A DNA stretch of 64,000 nucleotides from Somniosus microcephalus (lineage: Eukaryota), in assembly GCA_052327205.1 (NCBI GenBank), contig CM126217.1, positions 64,604,001 to 64,668,000 on the forward strand, given 5' to 3'. The notes below the pieces were generated by a model. That model did no database searches. It was not told the origin of the DNA and was given only the letters and a program-made list of their open reading frames with translations. Positions 50,400 through 62,463 of this stretch are shown one piece after another. The first letter of the stretch is position 1, and the number at the start of each line of letters is the position of its first letter. Position numbers and translations under genes: made by a program.

Positions 50400-52232
50400 C
50401 TGTTACAGAATGTTGCGTGCATGGCTTTATCTGTGCAACAGCTGGAATAAAAATTACAGTTACAGTGTAAGTTTACCGGGAGCTACTAATTTGAAAATCG
50501 TGTTTAAATATACAAAGCAGATATCAAAAGTAAGCAAAGTTGTTTTTCTAGAAAATCTTTCAATGGGGTCTTGGAAAATGTTTGATTTCAGCAGCACCGT
50601 CACAAATTGATGAATGGTTACGAAAGAGTTAAGGACGGTCACATCTTTCAACACACTCACATTACTTTGAAGTGAAACAGTCTCACAATGTTCGAACTGT
50701 CTGGCCTGAAAATTAACATTGAAGGCAGTCTAAGAAAAGAAAATCAATCTATGAGCTACAGTGTTCTGTTTGCATTATGAACAGTGGATTACCACTTTGA
50801 ACTTTGCTCTAGTCATAACTTTGTAGTGCTTGTAAATCTTCAATACATCTGAGTTCACCTCAAATTAGCCTTGCAAGAAAACAGTTTCTGAACTTCATCT
50901 GTCAGACTGTGTCTGGCTCCATGCCATGTATAAGCCAAATGCCTTGATTAATTCACTCCATTCGTGAAAACATTTATGTTTATGCTTCTCAGTTTTACAA
51001 GTACCGTTTAAAACTGTTTAGTGACAACAATTCTCAAGTAAACCTTGTGACATGAAATGTTTTTGTTTAAGCAAACACTTGTTCAGCTGCACAGTCATCC
51101 ATGCAAAGACCTTGGTCTGATGCCAACAACATGCGCCAAATCTTAGCAGGTTTTGAATTTTCCAGTAAACAGTAACAAAATGTTGGTTTTGTAGCTTCGC
51201 TTTGCAGTCACCATGAGAAAATGAACTGCAGTATGGTTATCATTTGTGGTACCAAAGTCATTACTGGTTTGCCTACTCGTCAGGCTAAGGTCGAGGCCTT
51301 TAAGGTTTTTACTTTCTACCTTCTGCTCCCTTGGGATATTACTGCTGAATAATGTCACTAACAACAATGTCATTCACATCTGCATATTTTTCCATACTTC
51401 AATCATTGCTTGCAATTTTATCAATAGCCTCTGTGTATTTTCAGTTTAGCATAACCTAGATCGTTCAGACAATCTGAATATGTAGTAAATTCGCCTTTTA
51501 GGCTGTTGTGGGATATGCTGGAAGCTAGTGCATGCCTATCTAATGCACTGTTTTGAAGTCCTGTCATGCACCTTTAACAAGGTCATCTTCCTGATACGGC
51601 TTTTGATCTAATTTTAACTTCAGATTTGTTGGGTTTTTTTGTAATTCTTTTGGAAAAGTCATTGTTTTATTACATCATGAGTTAATTTCATTTTGCTGTT
51701 TATCTAGAAATTCTTCTTTCCCTTCTTTTCACTCCCTTGTTTTTTAAGATTTAACCATGGGCGCAGATGTTTGGGACTGCGTACCTTATCTCTGGGATTT
51801 CCTTGTTCTAAAAGGGTCCCCGTGGGTAAGTTGGAGACCTTGTAGAGAATTGCTCCTTATGACAGTCAAATGAGTGTCAGTATCTCCATCATGCTTGATG
51901 GTAAGGGAAATGTTCTGTCATTTTGCCAATCTCCTAGCTTCTTACTTCTAATTTTCCTCACTATTAAGCAATATATCTTGCTTTAAGAGGACAGATATTT
52001 GTTGTTTGTGTTCAGTACCAGATCTGTGCCAACAGTATAGTCGGTTCGAACTCTTCTGTTAACTATAATCTAATAGAATAAAGAGAGCATTAGATCATGG
52101 AGAATTTGTCACCACATCTCTTGCAGAAGGTAGCAGGCTCTTGATTCATGTATGGGTTCTTCTGGTTGACACTTAACCTCCTTGACTTTCATTTTGAAAC
52201 AATCAGAGGTTGTGTAGATGAGTCCAGACACT
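50400..52232 (-). pseudogene. Candidate large decayed exon of an unidentified gene
   Basis: Preceded by a long polypyrimidine tract and CCCAG on the minus strand, ends at CAG|GTATAT; protein-like stretches broken by stops and frameshifts; no recognised TE motif. Confidence 0.3.
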
Positions 52233-54454
52233 GGGATCAGCATAAGCGGCAACATAAAGAAAACAGAGGAGATATTAAACAGGAAACGAGACAAGAGAAA
52301 ATTAAATAAACCTGTCACATAAAAAACAATTGAAGTAAAAAGATGAAAAAAAATTGAAAGAAAAATGATACAGATTGAATGAAAAGGAAAACAAAAAGAA
52401 AGGAAAGACAAAAAAGGAAAATGAAAAGTTAAACCATTTTTCTACCTCTTATTTATTTTTATTTGATTTTTCTTAATTTCTGTATCTTTTTTCTCTTTAA
52501 GCTTTATCCTGCCTCCTTAGTTACATTCCTACCTCATTACTTCTCTCTGTCCTATTTGTATTGCTATATATGACTTGTGGCATTTGTGTTAGAAATTAGA
52601 GAGCACCAGCTCCAGTAACATCAGCCTAATAGAGTATCATATAGATCCATCACAATTAAGTACTGCTAGTGTATGAGGACCAATTTGCTACTGTCCAGCA
52701 ACAACTGCCCCAATAGACTTGTCTGCTTCCAGTTAGACAATCTTATGGGATTGCATTAATTGTATCAAGTATACATGCTACACATTACCGTGATGGTATC
52801 GCAAGCAAAGCTACTGCAAATGTTCCAAGTAGCTATGTGTTATGTCAAGCATTTGAGACCTAAGTTAGGAAGAAAGTTTCTGCTATCATCCATTAAAATT
52901 TACAGAAATCAAATATAACACAGGCATCTTTAAAGACAATATAATCAGAACCAAAAACTTATCTTGCTTTTTATTTTACTCTTGATATTGTACAAGTAGA
53001 ATCTTGCTGACCACAAACCAATTTTGCATAATGTTTTATTTACATAAAACATTGAACTAATGAACGGTGTTACATGGGAACATTTGGAATCATCCATATT
53101 GCAGGTTTAGGAATTCCTATTACTTTCCATTAAATTGATGTCTATAAAGAACTGTAGATTCATTACTACCCTGTACCAAATATAAAAAGAGAAATCTATA
53201 GGGGTAGGAACTAATTGGCAGCGAGCCTCTGAAAGTGTGTTCGAAATTTTGTATTGTATATTCCAAAAGCACAGTGTTTGCCATGACCTGACTTGTAGAT
53301 TTTTGTTGAGCATTTTAAGGAGAGATTTTTGAATCCTAAGCAGTTTTTAAGGTACATCTTTGACAATCTGCTGCAGAAAGAGGCAGGTTTCTGAAAATTC
53401 TAGGGTGTTTAATGAAACTCGTTTATTAAGCTGCTTTACAAGTATCATAAGATTTCAAAACATTAAACCATTTCCAGATCTTTTCTATTTGATCCCATTT
53501 AATATCATAATACAATCTGTTAATCCAATGTATTTCCTAAGTAAACAGACCTTAGCTAACCGGTGACTAACATTGCATAATGCTACAGTATTATTTCAAC
53601 AAGAAGTAAATTGTAAAATCTGGTTTTATTTCAAAGATTTGTCTCATTGTACTGTTTCAAAACAGAAACATATCTATTCTTGAAGAAGATCATTGTTTTA
53701 TGCTCCTCGAAAAAAAGGGTACTAATGGGAGTGTGTGTATTAGATGGGGTCTTGCATTTATTGTTTAGACATCCTTTTCACACTATTAACATATTACCAC
53801 AGGAATACCCTGGCTTTTCTGTCTGCTGTTCCATCCATGTGACCTATTTCACAACATTCTCGATCCCTCTCTGTCTCTCTTCTTGATTGTTTTTCTCTTT
53901 CTGCAGAGCAGGTTTATTGTCTCTTATTTCCTTTATTTTCAATTTTATTTAACCTATAGTTCTTCAGCTTTTAACCTTTCATGTTTTTAAATTTGTTTAA
54001 TGTCATAGCCTACTTATTATAAATTTGTTTTTCAAACTGGATATGATTATATAATAGCCTAGATAAAATGTAAATATTAAGATTGTAAGAACAGCATTGT
54101 TTTAAAAAGCTGTTACGGTGTTTAAAGTGTTTGAATTAATCTTTACTTTTCCAATTGCAGATCCCTATTGTATATTCTGATACATCTACAAAATAACTGA
54201 GGGTTGTTTCTTAGATGAATGGTCTTGGAGATAGTTCAACAGTGCATAGTGACAGTAATTAAAGAACATAAGGTGGCACCCAAGTGAATTTTCACTGTTG
54301 TCCTGAGGAGGAATCAAGTGACTTCACATTCTGTTAAGTCCCAAGCCTTTTCTGCTGGTTCTGAAAATGCCCTAGCAAATTAACTTCAATATCCTTAACC
54401 TACCTTTCAAATCTCTCCATGGCCTTGACCACTCCACTTTTTTGATTGGCTTCA

Positions 54455-54890
54455 GTCATCCAGGATGAGCAGTCCATTTGGTAGGCGCCCTGCCACTGAA
54501 CTGTCCCCACCAACACCAACACTACTGGTATACCGTGACTGCAGTATGTACTATCTGCAGGATGCATTGTAGCAACTCACCAGGCTTACTCTACCACTCC
54601 CAGCCTTGTAACCTTTCCACCAAGAAGGACATGAGCAGCAAGATCATGGGAACCTTACTATCTCCATGTTTCATTCCAAGTTACACACCACCCTGACATA
54701 TCACCGTTCCTTCATTGTCACTGGGTCAAAAACCTACGACTCCCTACCTAATACCATTGTGGGAGCAGCGTCACCACAAGGACTGCAGTGTTTCAAGGAA
54801 CAAGTCCACCACAAACTTCTCAGGACAATTAGGCATGGCCAATAAATGCAGCTTCTCCATCATTGCCCACAACCCGAGAACAAATAATAA
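54455..54890 (+). mobile_element. Decayed CR1-group LINE 3' end
   Basis: CCGTTCCTTCATTGTCACTGGGTCAAAA...CACCACAAGGACTGCAG...CAATAAATGC; related to the reverse complement of 24270-24470. Confidence 0.65.
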
Positions 54891-55169
54891 TTTTAAAAAG
54901 GTGCTGCAAAAATCCTCCACTGCACTGATATCAGGTTGTCTTATACCTAATCTTCTTTGTTTTCCTTGTTGCTCAGAATTTGTTTTCCCTTTTCAATGTA
55001 AAGCATTTTGAGATGTTTCCAGTACATAAGAAATATAATATGTTGCTATTACTCTAGTATTGGGATTAAGTTCAACATTTGACTGCTCCATTTATCTAAC
55101 ACCTAGAGCTGGGTCCCTGGACTTCTGACCTGGCACTATGAATGACTATAGTCCTAGGATTCTTTTGCG

Positions 55170-55267
55170 GTGAAATGAATGGAATGAAATTTGGGCAGGT
55201 TTTACAACGGGCAGGCAATCTGCTCCTCTACATTATCACCCAGGCAGTGAAGATGAAAATTTACCCC
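55170..55267. mobile_element. Half copy of the 12375-12549 MITE
   Basis: GAAATGAATGGAATGAAA...TGAAGATGAAAATTTACCCC. Confidence 0.8.
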
Positions 55268-55531
55268 AATGTTTTCTTGCCCTGTGTCCCTCACATAGGA
55301 AATTTCATGTGAAAGGGGGTTTGTTTAAACAACCTCAGAATCCAGAAAGAACTAAAGAATCTGCAGTCAGGAATTAGTTTCATACCTCTATCCCCATTGA
55401 TATAGGATTCAAATGCATCTTAATGAAAATTTCCATGAACAATATTAAAGATGCATTAAAGATGCATTTGATTGTTTAAATAGATGAAGCTCATATTGAA
55501 TTGATTTTAAATAATATGATTCAACAGTGTT

Positions 55532-55709
55532 GGGCTGAAATTGGTCAACGCCAATAGCGTAAAGCAGGCTGATAGCGAATCAGCGGCCTGTTTTACACCG
55601 CGCCCGATTTTCTTTTCCATTGAAATTATAAGAAAATCAGGCATGGTGTAAAACGGGCTGCCGATTATATAGCCCATTTGTGCTACTGCTGTTGACCAAT
55701 TTCACACCC
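55532..55709. mobile_element. Palindromic MITE
   Basis: GGGCTGAAATTGGTCAAC and GTTGACCAATTTCACACCC, with inner inverted arms GTTTTACACC/GGTGTAAAAC and GATTTTCTT/AAGAAAATC. Confidence 0.85.
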
Positions 55710-57264
55710 ATTGTGTTTTTTAGTTTTTTCTAATCGTCTTATCATAGCTTATTTTGGCTTTCTCATGGGTATGACCCAATTCCCCATACCTTTAAGTGTA
55801 TCTATCCACATTGCCTTGAGATCTGGGTAAGTTCCTGGTAGCATCCCTGGGATACCAAAACAGGAAAACTCTGTCTAGCTATTACTTTTAGCAATTGGAT
55901 TTATGTTATGTTTCCATAAGTTGTCACTCTGCTCTTCAAAAGCAGTAGAGCATTTATCAAACCGTGCTTTAATTTTCAAATATTAAATTAATTTATTTTA
56001 TAAGAGATGAACAAATACTTATGTAAAAGTCATTTTATATGTTCTGTATTTACATTAGGCATCCTGCCACCTAACTCCATGAGTGGCCAAAATAATAAAA
56101 TGATTTCAATCCTGAGAGCTAAACTAACTCTCAGTGAATAACTTTTAAATAATATAGTAATTCTTTTCTTGAATTTCCTTCCACTGTTGGAGACTAATTA
56201 AGCTATACTTAAAGCTAGGAAATGTAAATAATATTTTTCTCTCTGAACTGATCATTTTTTTTCCAAATGGATTTCTCAAACAATCTCTTTGTTTGGAGCA
56301 AAACAACTCTGTATTTATAGCTTCCAAAAGACTTACCTGTACTTCCTGGATATTGAAACTCCCAAAGATTTAAAAATGAGCTGTCAGTCATGTCCAACTG
56401 AGCCAATCACACAGCACTGGTTAAGTTTGAACCATGTCTCTCCCCAGCTATTAAATGATGAATCTTGCAACATTGCATTAAAAAAAGCTTGATACAGGAA
56501 TCTGAACTGCAGTTGCCCTTTCATGTTCAATACCCCAGTCTGTGACTGGATTTAAAGGAAGAACTACCAAACCAAAACAAGACAAAACTGCTTCAAGTTT
56601 TGTTCCATACAGTCTGAATAATCAGAGGACTTTAACCATATAGAGATATACCATCGACACCCATGCTACACCAGATTGATCTGGCCATTTTCACATATAC
56701 TGGCCAGCCATTATTGACACAATACAATATGAACACACTTATGTCTGATATAGTACATGATAAAATCCATAGGAATAATTCCTGCATCTGAACTGAACTG
56801 GACCAATTCAGAGTTACAAAACCCAAGACCTGACATTTACACTTAAGTGATTTAAACTAACTTTATTAAACTAGTTTTCCAAGAAGAAGGGTAACCTAAA
56901 CCCCTTTGAAAGAAAGAAAATCAGTCACCTTTTTAAATCTGTTTGGGAAGAAAGCTACTGGTAATTTTTTTAATATAAAAATAAAACAGCACAAATTTCA
57001 CAACCTCGAATTATATTCGCCATTGTCTCTTATCTCAGCTTTCAGGTCTCAGAAAGCTGGAGTGGCAGACACTGGACCTTGTCCTGTTGCTGTACTGAAA
57101 GAAACAGGCTATAAAAATGCATATCCACTCGTACCTGGTTCCTTCCAGAAAGCTTATAACCAGCTGTTCAATTTCCTAATCAAACTTTGCCAGAGAAAGC
57201 ATACTAGTTGTGGTGTATGTAACCGTTCCACCTTTTAAGAGAACTATTTTAAGAGATGCACTAC

Positions 57265-59239
57265 CTGACAAGATCAAAGCTGTTGTGAAGGCTCCCGCTC
57301 CGGAAAATGTATCCCAGTTGAAGTCGTTCCTAGGGTTGATTAACTATTACCATAAGTTTCTGCCAAATCTATTCATGGTGCTGCACCCGCTGAACGCTCT
57401 TTTGCAGAAAGAAGTACCATGGAAGTGGAGCGAGGACTGTAAGAAGGCCTTTCACAAAAGCAAGGCATTGGTCACCTCAGAGGAAGTGTTGGCTCACTTC
57501 AACCCAACGCTACCTATTCGTTTAGCTTGTGATGCTTCTCCTTATGGTATTGGAGCAGTACTCTCACACAAGTTGCCAAATGGCTTGGAAAGGCCAGTCG
57601 CATTTGCATCCAGATCATTGACCTCCGCTGAGCGCAACTATGCTCAGATAGATAGGGAGGCTCTCAGCCTTGTGTGGGGAGTAAAGAAGTTTAATCATTA
57701 CCTGCAGGGCCAGAAGTTTACACTGCTGACAGACCACCAGCCGTTGGTATCCATTTTTAACCCTAAGAAGGGTGTTTCGGTGATGACAACACAGAGGCTC
57801 CAGAGATGGTCCCTTTTCCTAGGGGCACATCAATATCAGATAGAATTCAAAGGTACAAAGCAGCATGGCAATGCTGATGGGCTGTCGCGCCTGCCACTAC
57901 CTACTGAGGAGGAGGCACCGACGGTTGACCCGGTGGAGTTATTTCACTCGACCATCATCAAATGTTTACCTGTCACCAATGCAAATATTGAAAGGGAGAC
58001 TAGGAATGACCCGACACTGTCCCGGGTCTACGAATTGACAGTAAAGGGATGGCCAGCCCATGGTGATCCACTGTTACCAGCATTCTCAGCAAGACGAGAA
58101 CAGCTGTCCATCTGTCAGGGAACATTGATGTATGGAACAAGGGTGATTATCCCTCCTAAGTTAAGAGAGAGAGTTCTAAAAGAACTACATGAAGGTCATC
58201 TGGGGGGAGTCAAGATGAAAAGCCTTGCTAGGGCTTATGTGTGGTGGCCGGGTATCGACCAACAGATAGAGGATCTGACGAAAAGCTGCTCAGGGTGCCA
58301 AAAAGTCCAAAATGCACCTCCAATTGGCCTTCAACCCCATGGCAACGTGTACATATTGACTTTGCTGGTCCATTCATGGATTCCATGTTTTTAATTGCGG
58401 TGGACGCACATTCTAAATGGCCAGAAGTGATTAAAATGACTACCACTACCTCGGAGAAGACGATCGCGGTGCTAAGAACGATATTTGCAAGAAATGGATT
58501 GCCAGAGCAAATATGTTCAGACAACGGACCACAGTTCGTGTCAGAGGAATTCCAGAAATTCCTGAAGAAGAATGGGGTGAAACATTATACCTCTGCCCCA
58601 TATCATCCAGCTACGAATGGGCTGGCCGAGAGGTTTGTACAGACGTTCAAAAAGGCAATAAAGGCCATGAGCGAAGATCAGATTCCACTGCAACACAAGG
58701 TGGACAATTTCCTACTGGCATATCGAAACGCCACCCATGCAACAACAAACCAAAGTCCTGCCATGATGTTCTATAACAGGAGGTTGCGGTCCAGGTTGGA
58801 CTTGTTAAAACCAAATGTGCGGAGGGAAGTCGAAAACAAACAGTTCCAGCATATCAATAACAAGCCCACTCGGAGTTTTGAAATAGGACAACCGGTGTTA
58901 GCCAGGGACTATAAAAACGAGAAATGGCAATCTGGAACAATTCGGGCCAGACAAGGACCCCTGATGTACACGGTAGATGTTGGTGAAAATGTAATGCGAC
59001 GTCATGCTGACCAACTGGTGGGATCGAGAACAAGGGTCGAGCCCATGGTTACGACAGAGACAACCATGGAGGAACTTAGTGAACCTAAAGCATCTACCTC
59101 AGAAGTGAATATACCTGATGATGATGTCCTATCCATAGGGGATCAACTAGATGAGTCACCCCAGCAACGAGAACCAGAGACCCCTGAAAGGCGTTATCCG
59201 TCTCGGATCAGGAGGCCTCCTCAGAGACTGAATCTGTGA
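57265..59239 (+). pseudogene. pol: Gypsy pol fragment: RT C-terminus, RNase H, HHCC zinc finger, DDE integrase; one frameshift near 58320
   Basis: LKSFLGLINYY, LACDASPYGIGAVL, YAQIDREAL, TDHQPL, NADGLSRLP, LHEGH...CSGC, HIDFAGPF, SDNGPQF, NGLAERFVQTFK. Confidence 0.93.
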
Positions 59240-59323
59240 ACTGTTTTTACATGAAGTTGTGTATATATGTTATTATGTTATGTTTAATGGGGAATATATA
59301 CTGTTAAGCTAAAAAGGGAGGAT

Positions 59324-59558
59324 TGTGGTGTATGTAACCGTTCCACCTTTAAGAGAACTATTTTAAGAGATGCACTACTTTATCTTGGCTGCTGTATACT
59401 GTAATACCGGTGGTGACCACACCGGTATATAAGTGCTGTGTAATGATTTATTGGGCAGTTCAGCCTGACCTCCGACTAGTAAAGACCTGTTGAATTTACT
59501 CTTGTGGTCTGTGTGCAGTGATTCTTATTAACAATAACTAGAACACACAGACTTAACA
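59324..59558 (+). repeat. 3' LTR (235 bp)
   Basis: First 55 bp match 57209-57264 except for one T; TATATAA near 59426; AGTAAA near 59478. Confidence 0.92.
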
Positions 59559-61224
59559 CTAGTGATATGCAGTTCTGCACTGTTTTGAAAGCTCCATCAC
59601 CTTTAAGATAGAACGCATTTTCCAAACCAACAGTTTAGCCTGAGACACTGAAAGCACAAAATAATTGTAAGCTACGAGTGCCCCTTTGCCTTTAATTACC
59701 TGAATTCTGATGCCATTGTGTATTACCGGACTAGCTGTCAGTAACAAAGTGATAAAATATTTATTTGAGGCAGAATTAATAGTTTATCTGAAACCTTTAG
59801 TCTGTAGTCCTTAACCTTAGAAAATACAAAGACCCATTTAGACAATACAATTGGAATGTTGACCAACTAGGCTAGGGTTAATTCAAGTGTTGTACAAATC
59901 TAATCATTTTTTCACACATTTTCATTATATATAGGATGATAGAGTTACATTTTACATTTCCTTACAAAAGCAATTATATATGCCATCTATTTAAAAATGG
60001 TATTGCATATTTTCTTTGTTAAAAAAAAGTTGTATAATGTTTAAAAGATAATGTAAATTGTTTAAGTACTCTGCTCTGCTATATCCTGCAAACAGGAGCT
60101 TGTCTGACTAGTGTAACTTTATGTAATATTCTCCTGTTATATTTTGTTGTCTGATAAATACACTGACATCATGGGAGTCATTTTCTGAGCTTGCACTAAC
60201 AGTGAGGAGCTTTGCAGGCAAACCACACATATTGGGAAATCGCAAGCTCACCGCCCATTCATTTCCATTCAATAATTTTAATGGGTGGAAAATCCTGGCA
60301 ACATGCCTGTGATTTGCCAATAGGTGCGACCAGAGGGTGATATGAACTCGGAAAATTATCCTAAGTGTTCATTTCAATGTCATTATAAATAAATAGCCTT
60401 TCCAACTTTATTAACAGATTATTATCCACTTCTGAGTATTTTGCCAAAAACACATGTTCTTTGGATGTATGGGCTTGTGCAGGTAACCTTTCACCAAAGT
60501 CACTCTTGTTTTGTGGGGGCTTTTAGAATTACCTGTACTGTGGTTTTCACATTGATATTAAGAGGAGCTCTCGAAAGGATTGCAGTTCTGGTACAAAGGT
60601 GTCACAAGATTTTGATTGGTCCATGCTTTAGCAAATCAGGATATATTCCCTGCCCCTAATAATTAAAGTTGTGCTAGACCTATGGCATGTTAATAGTGTT
60701 TAAATGGCAATGTCTGCAGCTCAGAGAAAGTATTAATGTGCTCAGCCAAAATGAGTCTGAATACTAAAGATCCTGGACATCGTTCTTTCCTTTATGTAAA
60801 AGATGAAAAGCAAGCTTTTGGAGAGAGAGCCGGAGGACTTCTTAGAAGTAGAAGGGCAGACCTAATTATTGATAGGAATAACACTAATTTATTAATGTTT
60901 CTACTTTTGAGGGATACATTTTTAATATAAACACAGTGCAATGTTTTATATATAGTATGAATATAGAAGAAATGTGCTGCCTGTGTTTTACACCTTATAA
61001 TTAAACAGATTGACCAAAGCCCTTTTCAGTAGGAGCTCTAGCACCTTAATACTGTGCTGCTAATGTCAGCCTGGTATGACTGTATTCAGCTTAGGTCACA
61101 ATGATTGCAACTCGTTATGAATCCTCGGGGTTTGTCCTTTTATATCTGTGTCTTAGTTAGTCCTTGTGCCAGTTGGTATACATTTAGGAGAAAGCATTAG
61201 CTGTTGCCCTTTGTTAAGTCTGGG

Positions 61225-61415
61225 TGGAGATTTTCATCAGACTGTTTAAACCAATCTGAAGTAAACCTCTGCCATCCCAACCCATTGATCTGCAGATAGG
61301 ACAAGTTATGGGAATTTTCACTCTGGTGGGAGGAGGTTCGTGTGGAGCATAAACACCAACATGGACCAGTTGGGCTGAATGGCCTGTTTCCATGCTGTAC
61401 ACTCGATGCGGTTTT
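61225..61415 (+). mobile_element. SINE-like 3' end with CR1-type tail
   Basis: GGAGCATAAACACCAACATGGACCAGTTGGGCTGAATGGCCTGTTTCCATGCTGTA. Confidence 0.55.
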
Positions 61416-61845
61416 ATGTGATGTGCAATCATCTGTTTTTTCCTAGAATTTTCGAGTGCATCAGTAGCAACTTTGTAATTAATGAGAATTTACAGTAACA
61501 GACCTTTAGATTTCTGGACAATTTCAGACGATTACTTTAGCACACTAATGTGGGCACAATTAACGATTAAATATCTCCAGATTATTGAGAGTTCCCCACA
61601 ACAATTCATGCTTTCTTAGGACAGAGTTTTTCAGATTGATAAGTGAAAACCTAGTATGAATCATTCTGAGAAGCCCGTTGTCTTGAAACTGACACATCAA
61701 ATGACAGAAGTCAGAATATTTGCACCAAATATTAACTCGTTTTTAAAAAATTATTTTAATAATTCTATTCACCGATTGCAATGGTTTGCTGGAAATAGTA
61801 GTTTTTTTGGTATTTTTACTACTTAGGTTCTATATTGGTCATTGT

Positions 61846-62463
61846 GGAGCCTAAATTCATTAGCACCCGAAACCGGGCGCGATCTGTGTGGCGCACAGCT
61901 AAGGGGGACCAGAATGGAGAGGCCCAAGAGGATCCTAAACTCATCCTCGGGCTTCAGCATTATAATTGCAGCGATCTGCGGGTGCCAATCGGTGGACCGA
62001 CGCAGCTCACCAATTTGGACCCGACCAATTTTGGCTGGCACAGACCCCGGCCGAGGCCCACAGGTGAGTCTGAAGGGGTGGGGACGAAGGGGAGATTGGG
62101 AGGTGTGCGTACCAGCAGCAGCCACAGTCTTAATGTGGAGGCAGGTGGATCGATCGTGCTTCTTCTGGCTCCGCATTACGGTAAGTTAGAAAAACGTACT
62201 TGCAAGCTTCTTCTACGGCCTCCACTGGTCCCTTAAGGACGGCTAGTTAGGCCATTGTTTACAAAGTAGTTGGAGCTTGTACAAATTTTTGGAATAGGTT
62301 TGGAAATGGGTGCATTCACTTCAGCTGGCGGCCAGGGGGTGCCTAGAAAAAGGCCCTAGCAAATTTAGCGGTGGCCCAGGCGCACACACAAATCAGGTGC
62401 GGGCCTTCGCACTTCTAATTTTTTCATCAGAAAACGGGCGCAATAATGTTGAAATTAGGCCCC
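61846..62463. mobile_element. Harbinger-type MITE
   Basis: TIRs GGAGCCTAAATTC and GAAATTAGGCCCC; perfect TGT duplication (61843-61845 and 62464-62466). Confidence 0.85.

Larger units (their letters stand above)
57209..59558 (+). mobile_element. Ty3/Gypsy LTR retrotransposon (probably Mag-like), internally deleted
   Basis: TG...CA ends; CTAGT TSD (57204-57208 and 59559-59563); 56-bp 5' LTR stub; PPT AAAAAGGGAGGA at 59311-59322; 3' LTR 59324-59558. Confidence 0.95.

Noticed and set aside
56630-56830. Resemblance of LWILSCTISDISVFI...ISLYG to a TEX15 domain segment
   Set aside because: Based only on my memory of the protein, short, followed by a stop, and the order relative to other segments does not fit; needs a real search.
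58310-58335. Programmed frameshift between the two Gypsy ORFs
   Set aside because: It falls inside the integrase where the usual P.HPW linker is missing; a small deletion explains it and there is no slippery site.
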